Shown here in pieces: positions 20,947 to 30,054 of a stretch of 64,000 bases of DNA; the stretch's first letter is position 1; each line of letters begins with the position of its first letter. The translations under genes were made by a program, and so were the position numbers. The stretch lies in IMG/VR virus record IMGVR_UViG_3300010286_000195; one strand, written 5' to 3'. The notes below the pieces were generated by a model, which was not told the origin of the DNA, did no database searches, and saw only the letters and a program-made list of their open reading frames with translations. The DNA is from a virus.

Positions 20947-21501
20947 ATGAAGTTTGATTTTGAGAAGTTTAAATACTATTTTTTAACTCTACTTGCTACA
21001 CTATTTGGAACACAGCGAGTAAAACCGATTGAGATTGATATTTACATCGAGGACAACATTGATCCTGAATTTGTGAAGAATTCCCTCTACCTTATTCCTC
21101 AACTGTGGAAGTTCAACTTCCTTACCGAAGCACCTAAGTATCGTGTAATGACAGGAGATTGGAAAGGGTTTCTCATTCCTGAAGCGGATGATACTGTTGT
21201 AATCTTTGATGGTAAGTCCCGTAATGCTAAGTATGCGGGCGGTTGTATAGGAAAGAGTGTTGGTGTTGCAAAGAACACATGGGACACTGATGAACTTGCA
21301 TTTGGATTACGTATTTGGCATGAACTTCTCCATGCGCAGAAGATTGATTCCGATGCAATGTTACGTAGTCCAGAGTTTGAAGAATGGTTAGAATCACAGT
21401 TTAGTTACGTTTTAAAAGAGAATAAACCTGCATACGAACATTCAATGCAGTTTCAGATACTTTTCTATAACTTCCTTACGCGGAAATTTGTAAGAGGTTA
21501 A
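20947..21501 (+). CDS. zincin-type metallopeptidase
   Basis: HExxH motif (WHELLH). Confidence 0.6.
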   Translation: MKFDFEKFKYYFLTLLATLFGTQRVKPIEIDIYIEDNIDPEFVKNSLYLIPQLWKFNFLTEAPKYRVMTGDWKGFLIPEADDTVVIFDGKSRNAKYAGGCIGKSVGVAKNTWDTDELAFGLRIWHELLHAQKIDSDAMLRSPEFEEWLESQFSYVLKENKPAYEHSMQFQILFYNFLTRKFVRG

Positions 21502-21504
21502 ATC

Positions 21505-21517
21505 CTCTTACCTTTTT
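21505..21517 (+). terminator. oligo-T terminator motif CTCTTACCTTTTT
   Basis: Lies directly after stop 21501; the same 13-mer follows stop 50214 (50217-50229). Confidence 0.5.
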
Positions 21518-21518
21518 T

Positions 21519-21655
21519 AAATCTCTTCAATTCTTTGAGTAAAACAGCATTATTTTGGCATGTTGTTTTGAAGAGGTATATTTACCTGTCTGAGAAAAGA
21601 TAGGGTGCTAAACTCTATAGTTTTGATAGTAAAAAAGGGTAATAATTTGATTCTA
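21519..21655 (-). repeat. dispersed three-block repeat, copy A
   Basis: AATCAAA..CCTATCT..GTTTTACTCAAAGAATTGAAGAGATT blocks on the - strand. Confidence 0.75.
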
Positions 21656-21886
21656 GTATACTATTACACGACCACAAGAATCAAGAGTAAACCCAAGTTC
21701 ATGGTTGATATTAGAGCATGTTATAATCTTACCTGTTTTTTTATCGATGAATAAGATATTACCGCACCATATAGGTTCACCTTTTTCATCAACAAGTTCA
21801 AGGGCAACAGTTTTCTTACCATCCTTGAGGTTGAAGTAAACATTCTCACACTTCTCTTTTTCTGTGTAAATACCTTCAACTGCCAT
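21653..21886 (-). CDS. hypothetical protein, triplicated family copy 3
   Basis: Shares G[IV]Y-E, [KN]KTG and GF-LD--GRV motifs with both neighbours. Confidence 0.75.
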   Translation of the reverse strand: MAVEGIYTEKEKCENVYFNLKDGKKTVALELVDEKGEPIWCGNILFIDKKTGKIITCSNINHELGFTLDSCGRVIVY

Positions 21887-22126
21887 TTACACCACTTTTA
21901 CTCTACCCTTTTCATCAAGTTCAAAACCAATCATGTTGTTTACATCTGGTTCTCTTTTAATCTCACCTGTTTTATTATTAATTGTGCAGATGAAAGGTGC
22001 ATTAATATCAACACCATTTTTATTGACAATTTTGATAATTACTTCATCATCATTCCACTCTTCAAGTTTAAAGTAAAGTCTCTCTTCACTCTTTACTTTC
22101 TCATTATAAACTCCAACAACACCCAT
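21887..22126 (-). CDS. hypothetical protein, triplicated family copy 2
   Basis: Same motifs as above; stop and start codons abut. Confidence 0.75.
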   Translation of the reverse strand: MGVVGVYNEKVKSEERLYFKLEEWNDDEVIIKIVNKNGVDINAPFICTINNKTGEIKREPDVNNMIGFELDEKGRVKVV

Positions 22127-22366
22127 TTATACTACCTTTACTCTTCCCCATAAATCAAGATCAAAACCAATTTTTTCAGAAACACTGTCAAAACGAGTAA
22201 CTACACCTGTTTTCTTACTGATCATAAATATAATTGCAATTTCCTTCCCATCCTGATTGACAACACTAAGAACAACATTGTCACCACAATCAGTCAATTT
22301 AAAGAAGTATTTTTCCTCTTCCTTAATCTTCTCAGCGTTATAAACGCCACAAACCTTGTAACTCAT
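22127..22366 (-). CDS. hypothetical protein, triplicated family copy 1
   Basis: Same motifs as above; TATA-like TTTTTATATAA about 50 nt upstream. Confidence 0.75.
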   Translation of the reverse strand: MSYKVCGVYNAEKIKEEEKYFFKLTDCGDNVVLSVVNQDGKEIAIIFMISKKTGVVTRFDSVSEKIGFDLDLWGRVKVV

Positions 22367-22461
22367 CTTTCTTACACCAAACCTATGTTGTATACAATTA
22401 GTTTTACGGTGTTATATAAAAAGGTTTTGAAATTGATTCAACCTACACTATTGTGCAAAAC

Positions 22462-23058
22462 TTATTCTGGATGATAATAACGATATAGGTAATAGCGCAA
22501 AGTATTTTCAACATTGAAACAAACGCTGTCAATAGAACCGTTTGCATCCAGAATAAAGTAACGATGTTTTCCTTCTTTTGCAAGTTTTATATAATTATCC
22601 TGAATCTTTTGTAATCGCTGTATTTCTTCTGTCATATTGTTTATCTTACGCCGTTTAGCATTACGCATAGCGAACACAGTAGGATTACCGTAAAGGAAGA
22701 TAGTAATGTTAGGGAAAAGTGTGTTTCCATCAAAGAAGCGCATAATCTCATCGGGATCACGTTCAAGGATTACTCCATAACGCGCAATGATTTCATCCAG
22801 GTAGGAATCGGTAATCACAACCTTACCCTCTTCAAGAGCAGGTGTGATAAATGAATCAATATGGTCATAATGATCGAGTAGCGTAAAAAGTAACTGTTTC
22901 TCAGGGTTATCCTTATGTTTTTCAATCAATTCACGCATATCTTCAGCGTAAGGTTCACTAGTGTAAACAATATCTTCAAAATCAGTTAAGTTTTCCTGTA
23001 AATAGTTGAGGACAGTGGTTTTTCCACTTCCCTCAACACCTTCAATACTAATAATCAT
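22462..23058 (-). CDS. tmk: thymidylate kinase
   Basis: ISIEGVEGSGKTT P-loop, TSEP motif, VVITDSY motif. Confidence 0.85.
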   Translation of the reverse strand: MIISIEGVEGSGKTTVLNYLQENLTDFEDIVYTSEPYAEDMRELIEKHKDNPEKQLLFTLLDHYDHIDSFITPALEEGKVVITDSYLDEIIARYGVILERDPDEIMRFFDGNTLFPNITIFLYGNPTVFAMRNAKRRKINNMTEEIQRLQKIQDNYIKLAKEGKHRYFILDANGSIDSVCFNVENTLRYYLYRYYHPE

Positions 23059-23069
23059 GTTTTATCACC

Positions 23070-23714
23070 TCATAAAAAGTTGAGTGCTTCTAATGTATCT
23101 TTAGGGAGTTTAATCTTTAGTGCATTATTCTTGTAATCAGTAATCAAATCAGAAAGTTTAGGATACGCTTCTAGCAACTTCTGTGCGCGTTTATCACCTA
23201 CTCCAGGTAAGGACAGATAAATATCATAGAGTGGATTTGCACTTGACTTGACTTTCTTGTGCTTGACACTCTCTACTTTCTTACCCTTTCCTACCATTTC
23301 CTTGATTTTGAAAATGGCATGGTATAGTTGAGGTGCGGTATCAAACTGAATCATCTTTACATTATACCTTGCTGCTACAGAACAGAGGGAACCAACCGTA
23401 TGTGTAGTTTTCCATTGTTTAGCGTAAGGGACATAATAAAGACTCTTGAAATTACCGTGTATGAAAAGATACGGTTCATCATATTGTTCAAGGTTAATAA
23501 GTTGAGTTTCCAATCTTCCGTCGCGCACAGAATTGATAAAGTCTGCTACAGATTTACGCTCAATGACAATCTTCTTCTCTCCATCAATAACCCAAGCGTA
23601 ATCACCTGATTCCAAATATTCAAAACGGACTTCGACATTATACGTTTTTGCAATGCGAGCAATCTTATTTTGAACAGTTTTGGGTTCTCTTGTATCTACA
23701 ATTAAGTATTCTAT
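23070..23714 (-). CDS. ERCC4/XPF-family structure-specific nuclease with HhH domain (apparent ATA start)
   Basis: GDY, IERKSVADF and LPGVGDKRA motifs. The conserved IVDTREP lies upstream of the listed TTG start; in-frame TAG-TAA bounds the ORF just upstream. Confidence 0.85.
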   Translation of the reverse strand: MEYLIVDTREPKTVQNKIARIAKTYNVEVRFEYLESGDYAWVIDGEKKIVIERKSVADFINSVRDGRLETQLINLEQYDEPYLFIHGNFKSLYYVPYAKQWKTTHTVGSLCSVAARYNVKMIQFDTAPQLYHAIFKIKEMVGKGKKVESVKHKKVKSSANPLYDIYLSLPGVGDKRAQKLLEAYPKLSDLITDYKNNALKIKLPKDTLEALNFL

Positions 23715-23718
23715 AATA

Positions 23719-24798
23719 TCACCTGTATATTTTTACTAAATGTCTATCTTTCGTGCCATACTCTCTTGTAAAGTCACAGTAACCAGATAGAGGACAATAC
23801 CCATACTGTTTGACAAGTTCACAACGCGGGAAAATAGGTTGGTTGTAAACATCAAATAGTCTATCAAGTTGTCGCTCCTCAACGATGCAATGATACGCTT
23901 CTGTGCGTCCATTGCGTGTGCTTACAAGATATTTCTCTAATATGTCCTTGATCTCACCGTAGAGGAAACCACTATCACGCAGATAGGTAATAAGCAAGTA
24001 GCGCCCTCTAAAACCTACTCGTTTTGTCATACTATTTATCAGTAAGGATGAAATGCATGGTGGAAGAGTTTTGAGTAGAGAATCATGCGAAATCTGCATA
24101 CGAATAGCATCATCATACTCTAATTTATAGTCCTGTGCATCGATTGAAGAGTAGCGATTGATGTAATATTTTCCACCCACATCAAACATTTCCATGTTCA
24201 GGCATTTGTTACCATAAACCGTGTAATCACATGGATGCGGTTGATGTGTGGCCTTACGCTGAATAAACTTCAATCCACGTTCAAGATCATCTGTTGTAAG
24301 AGGAATACAATACCTTCCACGGCGATTGTTGAAAGTTCCAGGGATGGTTGCAACACGCGCAACATCGCCCATAACCTTTTCATCCATCGTAGTCAACTTG
24401 AACTTCCTTACAAAAAATGAATGTGCGCTAAAGAGTGCTGCTTTCTTATTCTTCAATTCCGCGTAATTCTTAGTGAAGAGGTAGAAGTGGAATCCTGCAC
24501 CAGAATATAGCATCAGGTAGCGCATGTCACGCTTATCAAACTCATTTGAGAGTTTTACTGCTTCATCAAATGATTTCTCACCGTCAAGATCAAAGAATAT
24601 CTTATCTACGTTAAGAAATGCATCATCATACACCTCAGAGGACGTATAATTGTAAATGGTAGCAAATACACGCTTGTATGATTTATAGCGATTTATCTGC
24701 TCGTAAAATTCCTCAGAAGTATTTGTTGTAATCCGGTAAGGAATTGCAATTTGACGCGGGAATGAATTGTAAAGCAACTTGTGAATAGTGACGCACAC
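23719..24798 (-). CDS. archaeo-eukaryotic primase, PriS catalytic domain fused to a PriL-CTD-like domain
   Basis: IFFDLD, YSGAGFH and RVATIPGT motifs; C-terminal LPPCI...GRYLL...C...C..C. Confidence 0.8.
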   Translation of the reverse strand: MCVTIHKLLYNSFPRQIAIPYRITTNTSEEFYEQINRYKSYKRVFATIYNYTSSEVYDDAFLNVDKIFFDLDGEKSFDEAVKLSNEFDKRDMRYLMLYSGAGFHFYLFTKNYAELKNKKAALFSAHSFFVRKFKLTTMDEKVMGDVARVATIPGTFNNRRGRYCIPLTTDDLERGLKFIQRKATHQPHPCDYTVYGNKCLNMEMFDVGGKYYINRYSSIDAQDYKLEYDDAIRMQISHDSLLKTLPPCISSLLINSMTKRVGFRGRYLLITYLRDSGFLYGEIKDILEKYLVSTRNGRTEAYHCIVEERQLDRLFDVYNQPIFPRCELVKQYGYCPLSGYCDFTREYGTKDRHLVKIYR

Positions 24799-24849
24799 AA
24801 TCTTCCACCACTATTCTATATGTAAAAAAGAGTTAATAAAGATTATTAT

Positions 24850-25536
24850 TTAGAGGAAGTCATCCTGCATTGTTTCATCGTAAATCATGTCACATATGTA
24901 AGCGTATTCACAATAGTTGCACAACCAGGACGGTTTAGCATCAAACTTCTTCGCTTCAATCTTCTTTACTGTATTGTCAAACTTACGCAGAACAGAACGA
25001 ATACGTTTCTCTTCCATATCCTCAATGAAAGAATCATTGGGACTTACCGTAAAAAAGATACCAACCTGATCAATCTTGATGTCTGTTGTTTTCTGCACTA
25101 GGTAGACATACAAGTGCAGTTCATCCAGGTAGTCTTTGTAATCACTTTCACGATACTTGCCCGTCTTATAATCAACTAGGATGTGCTTACCATCTTTTTC
25201 ATATATTGCATCGATGATTCCCACAAGATTTTTCTCTTCATCATACAATCTACGTTCAGCGTAAGTAGCGCGATCTAAACCAAACATGGAAAGAATGATA
25301 AAGAAATTATCAATGTGTGTCTTGTAGAAATCATCCTTCATTAAGAACTGTTTATAATATTCGAATTCAGGTGAGTTTTTGTTATATAATTCAAACAGTT
25401 CATGGAGAGTGCTACCTTTCTTTGCAGCCTCATTAGATACTTTGTCCTCACCATAAATCGTGTAATTCTCGATGTAGAACTTACGAGGACACTTACGGTA
25501 AAGATTCATCTTACTCTTACTCATGCGGAACTTCAA
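24850..25536 (-). CDS. Cas4-like PD-(D/E)XK exonuclease
   Basis: CPRK, GSTLH, GIIDAI, LVDYKTG and CNYCEYAYIC (four-Cys Fe-S arrangement). Confidence 0.85.
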   Translation of the reverse strand: MKFRMSKSKMNLYRKCPRKFYIENYTIYGEDKVSNEAAKKGSTLHELFELYNKNSPEFEYYKQFLMKDDFYKTHIDNFFIILSMFGLDRATYAERRLYDEEKNLVGIIDAIYEKDGKHILVDYKTGKYRESDYKDYLDELHLYVYLVQKTTDIKIDQVGIFFTVSPNDSFIEDMEEKRIRSVLRKFDNTVKKIEAKKFDAKPSWLCNYCEYAYICDMIYDETMQDDFL

Positions 25537-25766
25537 ATCCTTACCTCCTTACCGCTCATCCATGCCTGTAACCAACCACGCTCTGACCAATAACGACACA
25601 TATCGACAAATGTGTAAGTCTTGTTCTCATACTCTATCTTACGAGGAATTTTCTTACCATTGACGAAATCAAAGAATGCTACTTTCATAACCAATTCAAA
25701 AGATTCAACGGTAATCCATCGTTCTTTTTGCATTGTTTCTTTATAGTAATAATGTGCAACTGACAT
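25533..25766 (-). CDS. hypothetical protein
   Basis: ORF in operon; overlaps the next gene's start. Confidence 0.5.
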   Translation of the reverse strand: MSVAHYYYKETMQKERWITVESFELVMKVAFFDFVNGKKIPRKIEYENKTYTFVDMCRYWSERGWLQAWMSGKEVRI

Positions 25767-26107
25767 CTAGTCCATCTCCGAAGTAATACAGTAATCTGAA
25801 TATGTTTTTCTCACTATTATGCGCCTTAAAAATGATTTAAGGATAGAAATGAAATGCATGATCTTACAGTTCAACCTCACACTCTTTTTGATAATATTTG
25901 TGTTTCCAATTATATTTTTCTGCATTTTTAATCAACCTCTATTTCTTTCAGTAACCCATATATTAAAAACGATACAAGAACTATAATCCCTTGAATTGTA
26001 TCATAATTAAATATGTAATCAGTAACAAATAAACCAAACACGAAACATACAATTAATCTAAGCAACCAATTATATTCTTTAATAAATAAATTAAATGTCA
26101 ATTATAA

Positions 26108-26311
26108 TCACCAACATCCATAGTCTGTAAGATTAATACATTCACCACAATATTCACATTCTGCCATTGTATCAAATCCAATGCCTGTTGTAGTAATATG
26201 TAAGTGAACTGTTAATTCATACTTATTTTCATCAAAACATCGCTCATGACGCTGAATGAATTGATTGAGTTGTACAAGTTCATTCTTGTTAAGTTCTAAC
26301 ATTATCCACAC
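26108..26311 (-). CDS. hypothetical protein with CxxC
   Basis: ORF directly downstream of the RNR gene; CEYC motif. Confidence 0.5.
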   Translation of the reverse strand: MWIMLELNKNELVQLNQFIQRHERCFDENKYELTVHLHITTTGIGFDTMAECEYCGECINLTDYGCW

Positions 26312-29300
26312 CTACTGTATCCACAGGCACACGTAACACAACCTTCAACCATACTCATGCGTTCACCACATTCAGGGCAGATGTTATATTCAGTTGTTAC
26401 TTTCATTTTACGCGAAATAGGTGTTGGTTCTGACTCCTTATCAGGAATCAGACTTTCAATTACTCGCCCGACAACATCAGAGCATGACTTTCCATCACAT
26501 TTACCTTCAGTGAATTTCTTGTAGGCCACAGGACAAGTAACATTACGTAGAGTCTTGATTATATCCCAAGTGGGAACATTCCAACGCATAGAGAGAGAAA
26601 TCATCTGACCAAGTGCATCATTCATAGCGGTGCAACCACCTTTGTTGTTTATAATACACTCATACGGCTTGCCATCCTTCTCTGCAACAGAGATGATTAG
26701 TTTACCACAACCACTACGACGCTTACTGTTGGTTGCAGGAAGATCAGCATCACGCTTTGGTAGGATTCTACCGTTAGTAGGTGTAGGGGTAGATGTTGAT
26801 TCTTTCTTGAGTTCCATAACAATATCATTTCTGCTACCTGTTACGTAAATGGTAACACCCTTACACTTTTTCTCATGAGCGTAAAGAATTGCATTTCTAA
26901 TGTCATCTTTAGTAGCACTTGAAGGCATATTGATAGTCTTACTGATAGCAGCATGACAATACTGCTGAAACGCTGCCTGCATGTCAATGTGTGCCTTCCA
27001 ATCAATGTCTAGTGCAGTTTTGAACACAGATTTAAATTCAGTAGGCAACCATGTAATATCCTGAATAGTTCCTGTTTCGTAAGCGTGATTAATTACTTCC
27101 TGCTTTTTCTTATCCCACTGTGAAAATTCATAATGAGTTTCAATATACTCATCCAACTTTTCTTCAAAGACCGGATCAACTATTAGGTATCCTTTCTTTT
27201 CGCCATCTACCCATGTGTAACGCTTATGCACTAGGGAATATACAGGTTCAATACCATATGAGGTTTCAGAGAGTGTTGCAATACTTCCAGTGGGTGCTAT
27301 GCACGTTGTAGTAGCATTACGCATTGGAATATCTTGTAGGAACCATTGAGAACCCTCATAAGCGGGGAATGTGCCAAGTTCTTTTGCAAGTTTACGTGAA
27401 GTAGCGACAGAGAATTCATCAAGAATACTCATGACTAATTTTGCCTGATACAATGCATAAGAACTATCGTAAGGAATACCCATCTTCATAAGCATGTGAT
27501 GGAATCCCATGTAACCTAATCCAATCTTACGAGTCTTTCTACTCGCGCCTGCAATCTCTTCAATAGGATATTTATTGAGATCAATAATTTTATCGAGAAA
27601 TTCAGTTGCCTGTTCAATAGTATTAATCAATCTTGGGGTATCAAGTTTATTATTATCAATAAAGTTAGATAAATTTATACTGCCTAGATTACAAGACTCT
27701 CCTGGTAGTAGTGGTTGCTCTCCGCAATTCGAGGCTATTACGCCGTTGAAAATGCCAGTGTGATTCTTAGGTTCGTTGAAACAGTAAACCTTGTCTACAA
27801 TTTCATTATTTTTTGTAATTGAAACAACACTAATAAATCTTTTTGCACTTCTATTGCAATTAACATCAATAGGAACTCTATGCGTTTTGAGTCCAAGTTC
27901 TTTAAGTTTTGCTACATCGGATGCAGCAATCACAATTCTATATGATTCAAGACATTCATACTCTTTTTGACCGCCATTTCCATCAGGCATTAATTTTGAA
28001 CCTGCTAAACGCATAATATTAACAGATGTATTAATTCCAAGTGTGTTAAGCATATATTTTATCTTCATCAGGAAGTCTTTATCAACCGATGAAATAGTAA
28101 TACTGCCTTCACTTGAATTTCTACTTCCATCACTATCAATGATACCTGCTAACCAATCTAATCTTGATCTGATTGTGTATTCACAACCAGGAACAAATAC
28201 TTTGTCATAATCACCATCAAGGATAGCCAAAATTCTTCTATCACTATTTGGATTAATATATACTTTTTTTGCCTTTATATACTTTAAAAGTTCTTTCTTA
28301 CCATCATATAACCAAATCTGATATTGATTACTTGCTGTATGATAACAACCATCACCACTGTAAAAGCCATGTGTATAAGCATTCTCAAGTTCTTTAATAC
28401 CCTCAATAACAGGGTAATCACACTTGATAAGTTTGTCACCCACAACTAAATCTTTTGCCTCTTTTTTAACAATCTTACATCCATTACTTTTGTAACAATC
28501 TTGTAAGATAAACTTATGATAAGGAGTGCATTTTACTTTATTACCATCGCTAAATGTTACTTCCATTACCTCTTGATTAAAACCAGTAACGCAAGGTGTA
28601 ACAACACTCCACTCAAACCCATTCCAAATAGTAGTTTCCTTTCCTACGCACTCATCAATGCGCTTATATCCTTCATTGGTAAGAACCAATGTATCACCTG
28701 TAACACAGGGATTGGTTGCTTCAATATTACCAAGATGTTTGCAAGTATTATCATCATTAATTGTATTGTAAAACAGAATCCCAGGCTCACCATTGAGCAT
28801 TATTCCTTCAATAATCTTATCAAATAATTCTTTTGCTCTGACTGTTTTGTAAATCTTGCCCTCAAAGTGAAGGTTATATTCTTTATCATTTTTTACTGCA
28901 TTAATAAAATCATCATCAATCATTACAGAGATGTTAAAGTTAGAAAGATCACCTTCAGTATTCTTACATGTAATGAACTTCTCAATGTCAGGATGCCATA
29001 TTGGAAGAATACCCATATTGGCACCTCTTCTTCTTCCACCTTGTTTTACTGCTTCAGTAGCAGCATTAAATACTTTCATGAAAGAAATAGGGCCGGATGC
29101 AACACCATCTGTTCCATTTACTCTATCACCTTCAGGTCGAAGATTACCAAAAGAAAAACCTGTGCCTCCACCCGTCTTATGAATCAATGCAGCATTTTTA
29201 ATTGTAGTAAAAATACTTTCCATAGAATCATAGATTGGCAGAACAAAACATGCAGAAAGTTGTCCTAAATTAGTTCCCGCATTCATAAGGGTAGGCGAAT

Positions 29301-29469
29301 TAGGCACAAAATCCTTATTCACCATCATGTCGTAATAGATTTCCCTCTCATCATCCGTATTTCCTACGTAGTCTGCAACTCTTCTACAAACATCTTCCCA
29401 GGATGATTCTCCTTCACGGAAATAACGAGCAGCAAGAACTTCATTAACAATCTCACTCATAGTAATCAC
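26302..29469 (-). CDS. nrdJ: class II (B12-dependent) ribonucleotide reductase, intein-interrupted
   Basis: PNSPTLMNAG, LSACFV, GGGTG, NPC/GEQPL, IAPTGS motifs; C-terminal TSCPD-like domain and zinc ribbon. Confidence 0.92.
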   Translation of the reverse strand: MITMSEIVNEVLAARYFREGESSWEDVCRRVADYVGNTDDEREIYYDMMVNKDFVPNSPTLMNAGTNLGQLSACFVLPIYDSMESIFTTIKNAALIHKTGGGTGFSFGNLRPEGDRVNGTDGVASGPISFMKVFNAATEAVKQGGRRRGANMGILPIWHPDIEKFITCKNTEGDLSNFNISVMIDDDFINAVKNDKEYNLHFEGKIYKTVRAKELFDKIIEGIMLNGEPGILFYNTINDDNTCKHLGNIEATNPCVTGDTLVLTNEGYKRIDECVGKETTIWNGFEWSVVTPCVTGFNQEVMEVTFSDGNKVKCTPYHKFILQDCYKSNGCKIVKKEAKDLVVGDKLIKCDYPVIEGIKELENAYTHGFYSGDGCYHTASNQYQIWLYDGKKELLKYIKAKKVYINPNSDRRILAILDGDYDKVFVPGCEYTIRSRLDWLAGIIDSDGSRNSSEGSITISSVDKDFLMKIKYMLNTLGINTSVNIMRLAGSKLMPDGNGGQKEYECLESYRIVIAASDVAKLKELGLKTHRVPIDVNCNRSAKRFISVVSITKNNEIVDKVYCFNEPKNHTGIFNGVIASNCGEQPLLPGESCNLGSINLSNFIDNNKLDTPRLINTIEQATEFLDKIIDLNKYPIEEIAGASRKTRKIGLGYMGFHHMLMKMGIPYDSSYALYQAKLVMSILDEFSVATSRKLAKELGTFPAYEGSQWFLQDIPMRNATTTCIAPTGSIATLSETSYGIEPVYSLVHKRYTWVDGEKKGYLIVDPVFEEKLDEYIETHYEFSQWDKKKQEVINHAYETGTIQDITWLPTEFKSVFKTALDIDWKAHIDMQAAFQQYCHAAISKTINMPSSATKDDIRNAILYAHEKKCKGVTIYVTGSRNDIVMELKKESTSTPTPTNGRILPKRDADLPATNSKRRSGCGKLIISVAEKDGKPYECIINNKGGCTAMNDALGQMISLSMRWNVPTWDIIKTLRNVTCPVAYKKFTEGKCDGKSCSDVVGRVIESLIPDKESEPTPISRKMKVTTEYNICPECGERMSMVEGCVTCACGYSRCG
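27727..28707 (-). mobile_element. intein (327 aa) with LAGLIDADG homing endonuclease
   Basis: Splits NP|CGEQ; starts CVTGDTLV and ends GVIASN before Cys; contains HGFYSGDG and LAGIIDSDG blocks. Confidence 0.92.
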
Positions 29470-29819
29470 CTGAACAATGTTTCGTAAGTGTAATCCTTTG
29501 CATCAAAGTAATCAGCACAGAACTCTGCTGTTTTCATGTCATCAAAATCCTTACACGAAAATACATCAATGTAGCAACAATCAGTCTGCTCACTGAAGTG
29601 TGCCGTAATACAAGACGTTTCAATCAGTTGCATTACAGAGTAACCGTAAAGATGAGGTTCAGTTCCAAAGCGTTCTGCAATCATATCTCCATGACGTTTC
29701 ATTTCAATATAATTGCACAGATCAATCATCCACGCCTTGATATACTCAATGTCACAAATCTTTTCATGGTTGCAACCAAAAAGGTTAATGTGAACCGATA
29801 AACCAAAATCACCCATCAT
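29466..29819 (-). CDS. S-adenosylmethionine decarboxylase family proenzyme
   Basis: H-NLFGC, GYSVMQLIETSCITAH and YIDVFSCK motifs. Confidence 0.75.
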   Translation of the reverse strand: MMGDFGLSVHINLFGCNHEKICDIEYIKAWMIDLCNYIEMKRHGDMIAERFGTEPHLYGYSVMQLIETSCITAHFSEQTDCCYIDVFSCKDFDDMKTAEFCADYFDAKDYTYETLFR

Positions 29820-29820
29820 G

Positions 29821-30054
29821 TTACTCAACCTTCTCAAGTTTCATTACCATTTTCTCATACTTGTAATATTTGTTAGTCTTTTCAATAATGCGTGTCTGTG
29901 CATTTTTGATTACAGGTTCATCCATAGCCATTGCAAGAATCTGTCCTGTCTCATCACGGATTATGTATGTTGGTTTACCCGAAAGAAAGTGTGAAAATGT
30001 CGCTCTAACATACTGTTCATTCTTTTCCTGAGTTTGTTGCTTGTTTCTAACCAT
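29821..30054 (-). CDS. hypothetical protein
   Basis: ORF in operon with an ATG start. Confidence 0.55.
   Translation of the reverse strand: MVRNKQQTQEKNEQYVRATFSHFLSGKPTYIIRDETGQILAMAMDEPVIKNAQTRIIEKTNKYYKYEKMVMKLEKVE

Noticed and set aside
24850-25536. CRISPR-Cas adaptation system
   Set aside because: Solo Cas4-like nuclease in a replication operon; no cas1/cas2 or array. This is common in archaeal viruses.
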